A stretch of 64,000 bases of DNA, taken from contig PHSQ01000004.1 in NCBI GenBank assembly GCA_002862095.1, positions 56,261 through 120,260 on the forward strand, read 5' to 3'. A program made the position numbers and the translations under genes. The DNA comes from Methylocystis sp. KS32. GTDB lineage: Bacteria; Pseudomonadota; Alphaproteobacteria; Rhizobiales; Beijerinckiaceae. This document shows, piece after piece, positions 10,886 through 20,066 of this stretch. The notes under the pieces were generated by a model. That model searched no databases and was not told the DNA's origin. It saw nothing but the letters and a program-made list of their open reading frames with translations. Every line of letters starts with the position of its first letter. The stretch's first letter is position 1.

Positions 10886-12355
10886 ATGGCGGCTCTGAAA
10901 GAGACCGTTGAGACAGTCGAGTCCATTGACGTCGACGCCTATAAATACGGCTTCACCACCGACATCGAGTCGGAGAAGGCCCCCAAGGGCCTCTCGGAAG
11001 ATATCGTCCGCTTCATTTCCGCGAAAAAGGACGAGCCGGAATGGCTGACCGAGTGGCGGCTCGGGGCCTATCGGCGCTGGCTCACCATGTCCGAGCCGAG
11101 ATGGGCCAAGGTCAATTACCCGCCGATCGACTATCAGGATCTTTATTATTACTCCGCGCCCAAGACGTCGCCGGGTCCGAAATCGCTCGACGAGGTGGAC
11201 CCGGAGCTTCTCCGCACCTATGAGAAACTCGGCATTCCTCTGCGGGAGCAAGAAATTCTCGCCGGGGTCGAAACGCGCAAGGTGGCGGTGGACGCCGTCT
11301 TCGACAGTGTCTCGGTCGCGACCACTTTCAAGGAAGAACTGGCGAAAGCGGGCGTGATTTTCTGCCCCATTTCCGAGGCGGTGAAAACGCATCCGGCGCT
11401 CGTGCAAAAATATCTCGGCTCGGTCGTTCCTGTCACCGACAATTTCTTCGCGACGCTGAATTCGGCGGTATTTTCCGACGGCTCTTTCGTCTATGTGCCG
11501 CCCGGCGTGCGCTGCCCGATGGAGCTTTCGACCTATTTCCGGATCAATGAAAAGAACACCGGTCAGTTCGAGCGCACCTTGATTATCGCGGACGCCGGTT
11601 CCTATGTCAGCTACCTCGAAGGCTGCACGGCGCCCAAGCGCGACGAAAATCAGCTTCACGCGGCGATCGTGGAGCTGGTGGCGCTGGATGACGCTGAGAT
11701 CAAATATTCCACCGTCCAGAACTGGTATCCCGGCGACGGCGAAGGCAAGGGCGGCATTTACAACTTCGTGACGAAGCGGGGCGATTGCCGGGGACGCAAC
11801 TCGCACATCAGCTGGACGCAGGTCGAAACGGGTTCGGCCATCACCTGGAAATATCCCTCCTGCATCTTGCGCGGCGATAATTCCCAGGGCGAGTTCTACT
11901 CGATCGCGGTTTCCAATGGCTTTCAGCAGGTTGATAGCGGCTCCAAGATGATTCATCTCGGCCGCAACACCAAGAGCCGCATCATCTCCAAGGGCATTTC
12001 GGCGGGACGTTCGCAGAACACCTATCGGGGACAGGTCTCGGCGCATCGCAAGGCTTCGGGCGCGCGCAATTTCACCAATTGCGACAGTCTGCTGATCGGC
12101 GACAAATGCGGCGCGCACACCGTGCCTTATATCGAAAGCAAGAACTCCAGCGCGCAATTCGAGCACGAAGCCACGACGTCTAAAATTTCGCAGGACCAAC
12201 TCTTTTACGCGATGCAGCGAGGGCTTTCGGCGGAAGAGGCGACCGCGCTGATCGTCAACGGTTTCGTGCGTGACGTGTTGCAGCAATTGCCGATGGAATT
12301 CGCGGTCGAGGCGCAGAAGCTGATCTCTATTTCGCTCGAGGGGAGCGTGGGCTGA
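10886..12355 (+). CDS. sufB: Fe-S cluster assembly protein SufB
   Basis: [46 protein letters not shown]. Confidence 0.97.
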   Translation: MAALKETVETVESIDVDAYKYGFTTDIESEKAPKGLSEDIVRFISAKKDEPEWLTEWRLGAYRRWLTMSEPRWAKVNYPPIDYQDLYYYSAPKTSPGPKSLDEVDPELLRTYEKLGIPLREQEILAGVETRKVAVDAVFDSVSVATTFKEELAKAGVIFCPISEAVKTHPALVQKYLGSVVPVTDNFFATLNSAVFSDGSFVYVPPGVRCPMELSTYFRINEKNTGQFERTLIIADAGSYVSYLEGCTAPKRDENQLHAAIVELVALDDAEIKYSTVQNWYPGDGEGKGGIYNFVTKRGDCRGRNSHISWTQVETGSAITWKYPSCILRGDNSQGEFYSIAVSNGFQQVDSGSKMIHLGRNTKSRIISKGISAGRSQNTYRGQVSAHRKASGARNFTNCDSLLIGDKCGAHTVPYIESKNSSAQFEHEATTSKISQDQLFYAMQRGLSAEEATALIVNGFVRDVLQQLPMEFAVEAQKLISISLEGSVG

Positions 12356-12409
12356 GCGGGTTTCCCGCACGTCGGACCAATGGCTCAAAATCTCGAAAGG
12401 GACGCAATC

Positions 12410-13159
12410 ATGCTCGAAATCAAAAATCTCCATGTCTCCATTGGCGAGCGCAAAATTCTCGACGGACTCACGCTTACCGTTGGCGATGGCGAAATCGCGG
12501 CGATCATGGGGCCGAATGGCGCCGGCAAGTCGACGCTCTCCTATGTCATCGCGGGCCGCGAGGGCTATGACGTCAGCGGCGGGGAAGTGCTGCTCAATGG
12601 CGAGAACATTCTCGGCCTCGCTCCACATGAGCGCGCGGCCAAAGGCGTGTTTCTCGCCTTTCAATATCCCGTCGAAATCCCGGGCGTTGCGACGATGACC
12701 TTTCTTAAGGCGACGCTCAACGCGCAGCGTCGCGCCCGTGGCGAGGAAGAATTGCAGACGCCGGACTTCATGAAGCGCGTCAACGAGGCGGCGGCGCGGC
12801 TGGGCGTAGCTAAGGAAATGCTGCGGCGCCCCCTGAACAGCGGTTTTTCCGGCGGTGAAAAGAAGCGCATGGAAATCCTGCAAATGGCGCTGCTGGAGCC
12901 AAGCCTCGGGATTTTGGACGAAACGGACTCAGGGCTCGACATCGACGCTCTGCGCGTCGTGTCGGAGGGCGTCAACGCGCTGCGCGCCCGCGACAGAAGC
13001 TTTCTCGTGATTACCCATTATCAGCGGCTGCTCGACTACATCAAGCCCGACACCGTGCATGTCATGGCCCGTGGCCGCATCCTGCGCAGCGGCGGCGCCG
13101 AACTTGCGCTTGAGCTCGAGGAAAGCGGCTACAAGGATTACATCGTCGAGGCGGCGTGA
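12410..13159 (+). CDS. sufC: Fe-S cluster assembly ATPase SufC
   Basis: GPNGAGKST, FQYPVEIPGV, GFSGGEKKR, LDETDSGLDIDAL. Confidence 0.97.
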   Translation: MLEIKNLHVSIGERKILDGLTLTVGDGEIAAIMGPNGAGKSTLSYVIAGREGYDVSGGEVLLNGENILGLAPHERAAKGVFLAFQYPVEIPGVATMTFLKATLNAQRRARGEEELQTPDFMKRVNEAAARLGVAKEMLRRPLNSGFSGGEKKRMEILQMALLEPSLGILDETDSGLDIDALRVVSEGVNALRARDRSFLVITHYQRLLDYIKPDTVHVMARGRILRSGGAELALELEESGYKDYIVEAA

Positions 13160-14448
13160 AAATGAACGAGACGGCAAGCCAGGCGGAAATCGCCCTGAAA
13201 TCCTCTTTCGAACGCATGAAGAACGCGGGCGCCCAATCCCTGCGCCGGGGCGCATGGGAGGCGTTCTCGCGCTCCGGGCTTCCCAACAAGCGCGACGAGA
13301 GCTGGCATTACACCGATCTGCGCGCCGCGTTACGCGCCGTCGCGCCCATGTCGGGCGAGACGAAAACCGCGACGTCCGCAATCGAGCGCAAACAGGCGTC
13401 GTGCCGCTTCGTCGTGCTGGACGGCGCGTTCCGGCCGGATCTTTCGGATCTGTCGTTGGCGCCGTCCGGCGTCGCGGCGCAGTCGCTGCGCGAAGCGCTG
13501 GCGCATGGCGAGGCGGAAGTTCTCGCCGCGCTTGCTGGTGACGTCGATGATCCCGCGGTCGCCCTCAACGCGGCGCTGATGCAGGATGGCGTCGTCTTGC
13601 GCATCGCGCCGGGAACTGTTCTGGACACGCCGCTCGAAATCGCGAACGTCACATCGAACGCAGGCGCGCAATCGGTTTATTCGCGCTCCCTCGCGATGGT
13701 GGGCAAGGGCGCGTCGGCGACGATAATCGAGACGCTGGAGCCGCTCGCGCCGTCCGAGGCCCAAGAAAATCACGCTCTCACGCTGCGCATCGAGGATGGG
13801 GCGCGGCTCGAGCATGTCTGCACCGTCGCGCCGCAGGCTGGGGCGGCTGTCAGAGTGCTTTCGCTCCTCGCGACGCTCGGAGCGAAGAGCGCGCTTAATT
13901 CGTTTTGCTTGATCGAGGGGGGCGGACTCCTGCGCCGCCAGGTCTTCGCATTGCTCGCGGGCGAGAGCGCCGACGCGGCTTTTTGCGGGGCGACGCTGCT
14001 GCGGGGGCGGGATCACGCCGACACCACATTGCAGGTGCGGCACGAAGGCAGAGGCGGCAAGAGCCGCGAGTTCTTCCGTTACGTCGTCGACGAGCAGGCG
14101 ACGGGAGTCTTTCAGGGCAAGGTCTCCGTGGCGCAGCTAGCGCAAAAGACGGACGGCGCCATGCAATCGAAGGCGTTGTTGCTTTCGGACGGCGCGACGA
14201 TGAATAGCAAGCCGGAGTTGGAAATTTTCGCCGACGACGTCGTTTGCGGGCATGGCGCGACCTGTGGGCGACTCGACGCGGATCAGTTGTTTTATTTGCA
14301 GGCGAGAGGCCTGCCGGAGCGTGAGGCCGAAGCGCTGTTGATACAGGGCTTCGCTAATGAAGCGTTAAGACTGATCGCGAGAGAAGCGATGCGCGACATG
14401 CTCGAAGCGCGGGTCGCGACCTGGCTAGCGCGAAGGGACATACGATGA
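13156..14448 (+). CDS. sufD: Fe-S cluster assembly protein SufD
   Basis: E.WHYTDL, FQGKVSV, KPELEIFADDVVCGHGAT; GTGA overlap with sufC stop. Confidence 0.93.
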   Translation: MKMNETASQAEIALKSSFERMKNAGAQSLRRGAWEAFSRSGLPNKRDESWHYTDLRAALRAVAPMSGETKTATSAIERKQASCRFVVLDGAFRPDLSDLSLAPSGVAAQSLREALAHGEAEVLAALAGDVDDPAVALNAALMQDGVVLRIAPGTVLDTPLEIANVTSNAGAQSVYSRSLAMVGKGASATIIETLEPLAPSEAQENHALTLRIEDGARLEHVCTVAPQAGAAVRVLSLLATLGAKSALNSFCLIEGGGLLRRQVFALLAGESADAAFCGATLLRGRDHADTTLQVRHEGRGGKSREFFRYVVDEQATGVFQGKVSVAQLAQKTDGAMQSKALLLSDGATMNSKPELEIFADDVVCGHGATCGRLDADQLFYLQARGLPEREAEALLIQGFANEALRLIAREAMRDMLEARVATWLARRDIR

Positions 14449-15698
14449 ACCAGCAATTTGGCTTGTCTCAAGCGGCCCCGATTTTCGACGTCGACGCCAT
14501 CCGCGCGGATTTTCCCATCCTTTCCGAGCGCCCTTACGGCAAGGAGTTGGTCTATCTCGATAACGCCGCTTCCGCGCAAAAGCCGCGTCAGGTCATTGAG
14601 CGCCTGACTCATTTCTACGAACACGAATACGCCAATGTGCATCGCGGCCTGCACTTTCTTGCGAATGCGGCGACGGAAGCTTTCGAGGGCGCGCGGGAGT
14701 CGATGCGCCGATTTCTCAACGCGGAGCACGCCGAAGAAATAATTTTCACGCGCTCCGCCACCGAGGCCATCAATTTGGCCGCGGCCTCGTTCGGGCTCGC
14801 CCATATTGGCGAGGGCGACGAGATCGTGCTTTCGGTGATGGAGCATCACTCCAACATCGTGCCTTGGCATTTCCTGCGCGAACGCAAGGGGGCGGTGCTG
14901 AAGTGGATCGAGGTCGACGATGACGGCCATTTCTCGCTCGACGCATTCGAGCATCTCTTCACCAAAAGAACCAAGATCGTTGCTCTCACGCATATGTCCA
15001 ATGTCGTGGCGGCGCCCACGCCAGTCGCGGAGATCGCACGTATTGCTCATGCTCATAACGTTCCGGTCTTGATCGATGGCTCGCAGGGCGCCGTGCATCT
15101 CGACGTCGACGTGCAGGCGCTAGATGTCGATTTTTACATTGTCACGGGTCATAAGCTCTATGGACCCACTGGGATCGGCGCATTGTATGGCAAGCGAAGA
15201 TGGCTTGAAAATCTGCCTCCCTTCAACGGCGGCGGCGAAATGATCGAGACCGTGACGCGCGACAGCGTCACTTACAATGTTCCGCCGCAAAGATTCGAGG
15301 CTGGCACGCCGCCAATCGCGCAAGCGGTGGGGCTTGGCGCCGCGCTGGATTACATCGAAGGCGTCGGCCGGGCCGCCATTCGCGCCCATGAGGCGGACCT
15401 GACGGTTTACGCGCACGAGCGTCTGTCGGAAATCAAGGGCCTGCGCTTTTATGGCCGCGCGCGGGACAAGGGACCTATCGTCGCCTTCAATGTCGACGCG
15501 GCCCATGCGCACGATGTGGCGACGGTCATCGACCGCGCCGGCGTCGCCGTCAGAGCGGGGACTCATTGCGCCATGCCATTGCTTGCGCGTTACGGCGCTT
15601 CTTCCAGTTGCCGTGCGTCTTTCGCGCTTTACAACACCCGTAGCGAGATCGATCGGCTCGCGGAGGCGTTGTTGAAGGCGCAAGCGCTTTTTTCGTGA
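14445..15698 (+). CDS. sufS: SufS-type cysteine desulfurase
   Basis: YLDNAASAQKP, EHHSNIVPW, TGHKLYGPTGIG, RAGTHCAMP. Confidence 0.95.
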   Translation: MNQQFGLSQAAPIFDVDAIRADFPILSERPYGKELVYLDNAASAQKPRQVIERLTHFYEHEYANVHRGLHFLANAATEAFEGARESMRRFLNAEHAEEIIFTRSATEAINLAAASFGLAHIGEGDEIVLSVMEHHSNIVPWHFLRERKGAVLKWIEVDDDGHFSLDAFEHLFTKRTKIVALTHMSNVVAAPTPVAEIARIAHAHNVPVLIDGSQGAVHLDVDVQALDVDFYIVTGHKLYGPTGIGALYGKRRWLENLPPFNGGGEMIETVTRDSVTYNVPPQRFEAGTPPIAQAVGLGAALDYIEGVGRAAIRAHEADLTVYAHERLSEIKGLRFYGRARDKGPIVAFNVDAAHAHDVATVIDRAGVAVRAGTHCAMPLLARYGASSSCRASFALYNTRSEIDRLAEALLKAQALFS

Positions 15699-15709
15699 GG
15701 GAGGCCTTC

Positions 15710-16102
15710 GTGAATAAAACGGATAGCCTGGAGATGACCGCCCCTTCGGCGAACGACCCGCAGATAAATCTCGCCCCGAGCGTGGACCCCGAGGCGATGG
15801 AGCGTCTTTCCGCCGACGTGGTCAAGGCGCTCAAGTCCGTCTACGATCCGGAGATACCGGCGGACATTTACGAGCTTGGACTTATCTATCGCATCGACAT
15901 CACCGACGACGGCTATGTCGACATCGATATGACCTTGACGGCTCCGGGGTGCCCAGTCGCGGGCGAAATGCCAGTCTGGGTGCAAAATGCGGTCAACGCC
16001 GTGCCTGGAGTGGCGGACACCAAGGTGCACATGGTGTTCAATCCCCCCTGGGATCAGAGCCGTATGTCGGACGAAGCCCGGATAACGCTGGATATGTGGT
16101 GA
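15710..16102 (+). CDS. SUF system DUF59/SufT protein
   Basis: VYDPEIPADIYELGLIY, MTLTAPGCPVAGEMP, FNPPWDQSRMS; GTG start with GAGG RBS. Confidence 0.93.
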   Translation: MNKTDSLEMTAPSANDPQINLAPSVDPEAMERLSADVVKALKSVYDPEIPADIYELGLIYRIDITDDGYVDIDMTLTAPGCPVAGEMPVWVQNAVNAVPGVADTKVHMVFNPPWDQSRMSDEARITLDMW

Positions 16103-16109
16103 GGAACCG

Positions 16110-16541
16110 GTGGCGATGACCGCCTTGGCGCCAAAACTCGGCGCCGTGCTTGAAACGGCGCTTTACGTCGACGATCTGCCGCGAGCGGAGGAGTTTTATA
16201 CGCGGACCCTCGGTCTTGGCGCGCTTTATCGAGATGACCGTCTTTGCGCGTTCGATTGCGGCCCGGGCAGCGTTCTCCTGATGTTTTTGCGCGGCTCGAC
16301 AGGGGGAACCATACGGCTGCCGGGCGGAGAAATTCCCGCTCACGAGGGAACTGGCCGCCTCCATTTCGCGATGGCGATAGCAAGGGAGGATCTCAAAGCC
16401 TGGGAGCAGCGTTTGATGGACCTCGATATTCGAATCGAGGCGCGAATGAACTGGCCGCGCGGAGGCGTAAGTCTTTATTTCCGTGATCCGGATGACAATC
16501 TAGTGGAATTGGCGACGCCGGGACTGTGGGCCAATTATTGA
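16110..16541 (+). CDS. VOC (glyoxalase/bleomycin-resistance) family protein
   Basis: LETALYVDDL..AEEFY..LGL; HFAMAI; SLYFRDPDDNLVELAT. Confidence 0.9.
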   Translation: MAMTALAPKLGAVLETALYVDDLPRAEEFYTRTLGLGALYRDDRLCAFDCGPGSVLLMFLRGSTGGTIRLPGGEIPAHEGTGRLHFAMAIAREDLKAWEQRLMDLDIRIEARMNWPRGGVSLYFRDPDDNLVELATPGLWANY

Positions 16542-16595
16542 GATGGGATAATCATCCATCGTTCGGCGCAGCCTGGCGAACAACGGGAGTCCTGA

Positions 16596-16973
16596 ATGAA
16601 TCTGCCTTTGCCGAATGTCCTCACTCTCAGCGAAGCCGCAACTGCGCGCGTGCGCGCTCTGCTCGCCGACGCCCCGACTCCGACGACTGGCTTGAAGGTG
16701 AGCATCGAGAAAAGCGGCTGCGCGGGGATGGCTTATAAAATGGCGCTGGCTGAGCCCGCGCCCGGCGACGAAGTGATCGAACAGGACGGCGCGCGGGTCA
16801 TCGTCGACGGCAAGGCGGTGCTGTTTCTGATCGGAACGCGCATGGACGTGAAGGCGGAAAGGTTTTCGACGAGCTTCGTCTTCGAGAACCCCAATCAGAC
16901 TTCGGCTTGCGGCTGCGGCGAAAGCGTCGCTTTGAAGCCCGTCGAGTCTTTATCGACGGTTAACGGCGCGTGA
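16596..16973 (+). CDS. sufA: A-type Fe-S carrier (SufA/IscA, HesB family)
   Basis: GCAGMAY and CGCGES motifs. Confidence 0.92.
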   Translation: MNLPLPNVLTLSEAATARVRALLADAPTPTTGLKVSIEKSGCAGMAYKMALAEPAPGDEVIEQDGARVIVDGKAVLFLIGTRMDVKAERFSTSFVFENPNQTSACGCGESVALKPVESLSTVNGA

Positions 16974-17093
16974 TGAGATTAGCGGGGCGTTAACCTTAAA
17001 AAACCTCGAAAGTCGCTTCCGGCCCTTTTTTAAAATCTTTGTTTAACGTCAGGCGCCCAAACTGCGGCACGCTCGCGGTATTGGAGTAGGTTA

Positions 17094-19766
17094 ATGTCGT
17101 TTGTTCGTTCGCGCGTCGCGCGCATATTTGTCCGCGTCTGCTTTTTCGCCATGATGGGCGCTGTTGGAATTTCCGACGGCGCGGCGAGAGAACGCTCGCA
17201 AGGACGCGGCGAGCTCTCCAATGTTGAGATACAAAGACCGGCGCGTCACGGGCAAAACGATATAATCTTCGAAATCGGCCCGCTGCATCCGTGGCAAGGC
17301 GCCTCGATAAAATCGACCGCTCCAGCGGCAAAGGTCGCCAAACCTGCGCCAGCGCCGAACAAAGAGGCCCCGCCAACGGCGGAGGCGGCCGAATTACGCA
17401 ATGAGCCGGCCGCGAATGAGGCGAAAGCGGGGGACGCCGCGAAGCAGAGCGCGCAAGGCGCGGCCAACGAGCAAGCTCCGGCCAAGGAAAACGAAGTCGG
17501 CAAGGGAACAGCGCCGGTCGCCATTGCTCCGCAGGCCAAACAGGAGGCTACGAGCCAGGCGGCGCAGACCAGCGTGGCGGCGCCCGCGCTTCCCGCGCAG
17601 GACGCCGCTTCGAGCGCCCCGGCCGGAAAGCAGGAGACAGTGGCGGCGCCCGACGCGAAGCAGGCAGCCGAACCCGTTGCAATTCAGCCTCAACCGGCCA
17701 ACAACAATCAGGCGGCGGACGCGACCGTGAAGAATCCGGCGCCGGCGAGCGCTCCCGCCTCCGCCGCGAGCAGCGCGCCCATAGCCGCTTCCCGGGCGGA
17801 AGCTGGCGCCGAAAAGGTCGCGCCGTCGCAGGCGCCACAACCGAACCTCTCCGCGCAGGCCCCCGAAGCGGCTGCGGCGTCCAAGGCGCCGGAGAACGCA
17901 AAGCCCGGCGACGCCGATCAAAACGCCGGCGAGGCGAAGGCTCCGCGCCAGCCCCCGGCGACGCCCACGGAAGGAGCTTCGCAGCAGGCTTCCGCGCCCC
18001 GTGTTCAGGAGTCCAACCCCGTGGGCGCCGCCGCCCAGCAGGATTCACCGCCAGCGGTCGTCGCCAAGGAAGCCGGCGCGCAAGAAGCGGTCCAGTCCGC
18101 GGCTTCGGAGCCCAAGCCCGACGCGACCGCAAAGTCGCAGGCGGACGTGCTGGCGTCTCAAGTCGCCTCGTCGAACGTCAAGGCGAGCGAGGAAGGCAAG
18201 GCTTATGCGTCCCTGCTTGCGCAAGGCGTGGAAGGACCAGCGGAGGTAAAAATCGCCGATCGCGCGACAATGTGGCTGCCGGCTGGCCGCGTCTATCTGG
18301 AATCCGACAAAGCGCGCAAATTGCTCGGAGTGGAGCCGGGCTCTTGGGACGACGCCACGCAGGGCGTTGTGTTGCCGATGGCTTCCGGACCGAAATGGAT
18401 GGCCTATGTCGACCTGCTCAACGATGGCTATATCAAGGATGACGAAGGCAAGTCCCTGAATGCCGACGAACTGCTCGCGGTCTATAAGGTTGGCGTGGCC
18501 TCCCAAAATCCCGGGCGCATTCGTCTCGGACTCACGCCGCTGGAGGCCACCGGTTGGCTCGCGGCGCCGAGCTATGACGTCAAGCATCATTTGTCGTCCT
18601 GCATTGGCGCGACCGCGCAGGGCTCGAAGAATCCAGAAGATCGCATCGTGAACTGCGCTTCTTTCGCGCTTGGCCGCGAAGGCGCGATAAAAGTGATTGT
18701 TTCGGGCGACGAAGCGGCTTTCGCGCAGTTCAAGGGAGAGGCTTCCGCGCTGGCGGACACCATCGTCTACGATAAGGGCAAGGCATACGAGGACGTCGAC
18801 CTTTCGATGGATCGCACGGCGAATTACGGCGTTGCCGGCTTGCTCACCGGCGCCGTGGCGCTGAAAAAGCTGACCGGGGCCGCGGCCGCCGCCACCGGCG
18901 CCAAGAAAGTTGGCCTGCTCGCTCTGCTCATCGGGAAGATACTGAAGGGATGGAAGCTGCTGGTTGGCGGCGCGGCTCTCGTCGCCCTGGGCGCGCGCCT
19001 GATTTCGCGCAATCGCAAGAACCCCGCCCAGGCGGAACAGATCGAGCCGAAGCCGGAAGCGCCCGCAACTACTCCAATTTGGGGTCGACTCGCCAACGGC
19101 TTGCGCGCCCGCTTCTCGCGCCCCGCCGAGCAAGCGCAAGCCGCTCGCTCTCCGGCCGAGCAGGCGGCTCAAGAGGAGAAAGCCGTCGAGCCGGCGGCGA
19201 AGAAAGGTCGCTCATCTCTTTTCGCCTCTTTGGGACAGAAACTGGCTTCGCTCACCGCGCGCAAATCCGCCGGGGCGGCGCCGATAACCAACGCCGGACC
19301 GGGCCAATCGGATCGCGGCGCCCTGGAAACGGCAATCCACGAAGCGCTGACGGCGGCAGAGCAATCGCCGGGGTCGGCCCTGGCCAAAATGGCGGCCATG
19401 ATGCGCAGGCAAACCCAGAAGCCCGTCGCCGCGAGCAATGAATCCGCCGCTGATTCTCCCCTTTCGGCGCTGAACAAACTGGCCTCGCTTATGCGCAAGC
19501 AGTCTAAAGGGCAGCCGGCCGTCATAGATGTCTCGCGCGTCACGGGGGGTAGAGCCCAGCGCGTAGTTCTCGATGAGCCCAAACAGCCGAGTTCGGCGAC
19601 AGAGCTTGCGGTCGAGGAGGCTCCGCGGAACAGTCCCGCGCCGAGCGCGGCGACCGAGGCGCCGCGGCAGAGCGACGACCTCATTGGCCTGGTGGAACCG
19701 GGGGACGAGGCCGCTGCTTCCGCCGCGATCTCCGCGCGCCAAGCGCTACGCGAGGCGCGCGGCTGA
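17094..19766 (+). CDS. DUF2167-like membrane-anchored protein with long Ala/Pro/Gln-rich extensions (890 aa)
   Basis: GGAG RBS; N-terminal hydrophobic segment; central GYIKDDE..W...PSYD...H......ALGREG.I....Y.GK.YED....D..A.YGVAGLLTG...AKKVGLLA pattern of DUF2167. Confidence 0.75.
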   Translation: MSFVRSRVARIFVRVCFFAMMGAVGISDGAARERSQGRGELSNVEIQRPARHGQNDIIFEIGPLHPWQGASIKSTAPAAKVAKPAPAPNKEAPPTAEAAELRNEPAANEAKAGDAAKQSAQGAANEQAPAKENEVGKGTAPVAIAPQAKQEATSQAAQTSVAAPALPAQDAASSAPAGKQETVAAPDAKQAAEPVAIQPQPANNNQAADATVKNPAPASAPASAASSAPIAASRAEAGAEKVAPSQAPQPNLSAQAPEAAAASKAPENAKPGDADQNAGEAKAPRQPPATPTEGASQQASAPRVQESNPVGAAAQQDSPPAVVAKEAGAQEAVQSAASEPKPDATAKSQADVLASQVASSNVKASEEGKAYASLLAQGVEGPAEVKIADRATMWLPAGRVYLESDKARKLLGVEPGSWDDATQGVVLPMASGPKWMAYVDLLNDGYIKDDEGKSLNADELLAVYKVGVASQNPGRIRLGLTPLEATGWLAAPSYDVKHHLSSCIGATAQGSKNPEDRIVNCASFALGREGAIKVIVSGDEAAFAQFKGEASALADTIVYDKGKAYEDVDLSMDRTANYGVAGLLTGAVALKKLTGAAAAATGAKKVGLLALLIGKILKGWKLLVGGAALVALGARLISRNRKNPAQAEQIEPKPEAPATTPIWGRLANGLRARFSRPAEQAQAARSPAEQAAQEEKAVEPAAKKGRSSLFASLGQKLASLTARKSAGAAPITNAGPGQSDRGALETAIHEALTAAEQSPGSALAKMAAMMRRQTQKPVAASNESAADSPLSALNKLASLMRKQSKGQPAVIDVSRVTGGRAQRVVLDEPKQPSSATELAVEEAPRNSPAPSAATEAPRQSDDLIGLVEPGDEAAASAAISARQALREARG

Positions 19767-19803
19767 GCTTTGGACATGAAGCGGCCGATGCGAAATAAGC
19801 CAA

Positions 19804-19836
19804 GGCGGCGCTTTAGTTGCGCCGCCCTTTGATTTT
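19804..19836 (+). terminator. Probable intrinsic terminator
   Basis: GGCGGCGC-7nt-GCGCCGCC followed by CTTTGATTTT, downstream of the 890-aa gene. Confidence 0.5.
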
Positions 19837-20066
19837 CCGAACGAAGATGAATTGCCCTGGTGCAAAAAGGCGTTGCGGCGACTGAAAAGGCGCTTCTCCG
19901 GCTTTGATCTCGCCCCAATTTCCTAGGCTGCGTCGCACAGGCCGGCGATCAAATCATAACTAATTGGATTATTGATCGTTTCTCAGCCGGGTCCGGCTGG
20001 CGCGCGGGGGAAGAATCGCCTATAGCAAAGGGAGAATTTAACCCGAAGATTCGGATTGGCGCCCCT

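Noticed and set aside
10718-12883. Long antisense ORFs (721 aa here; also 3154-4800, 7104-8408, 19983-21830, 32698-34407, 41512-42609, 52155-53414)
   Set aside because: Shadow frames opposite well-supported housekeeping genes, expected in high-GC DNA; no recognisable motifs.
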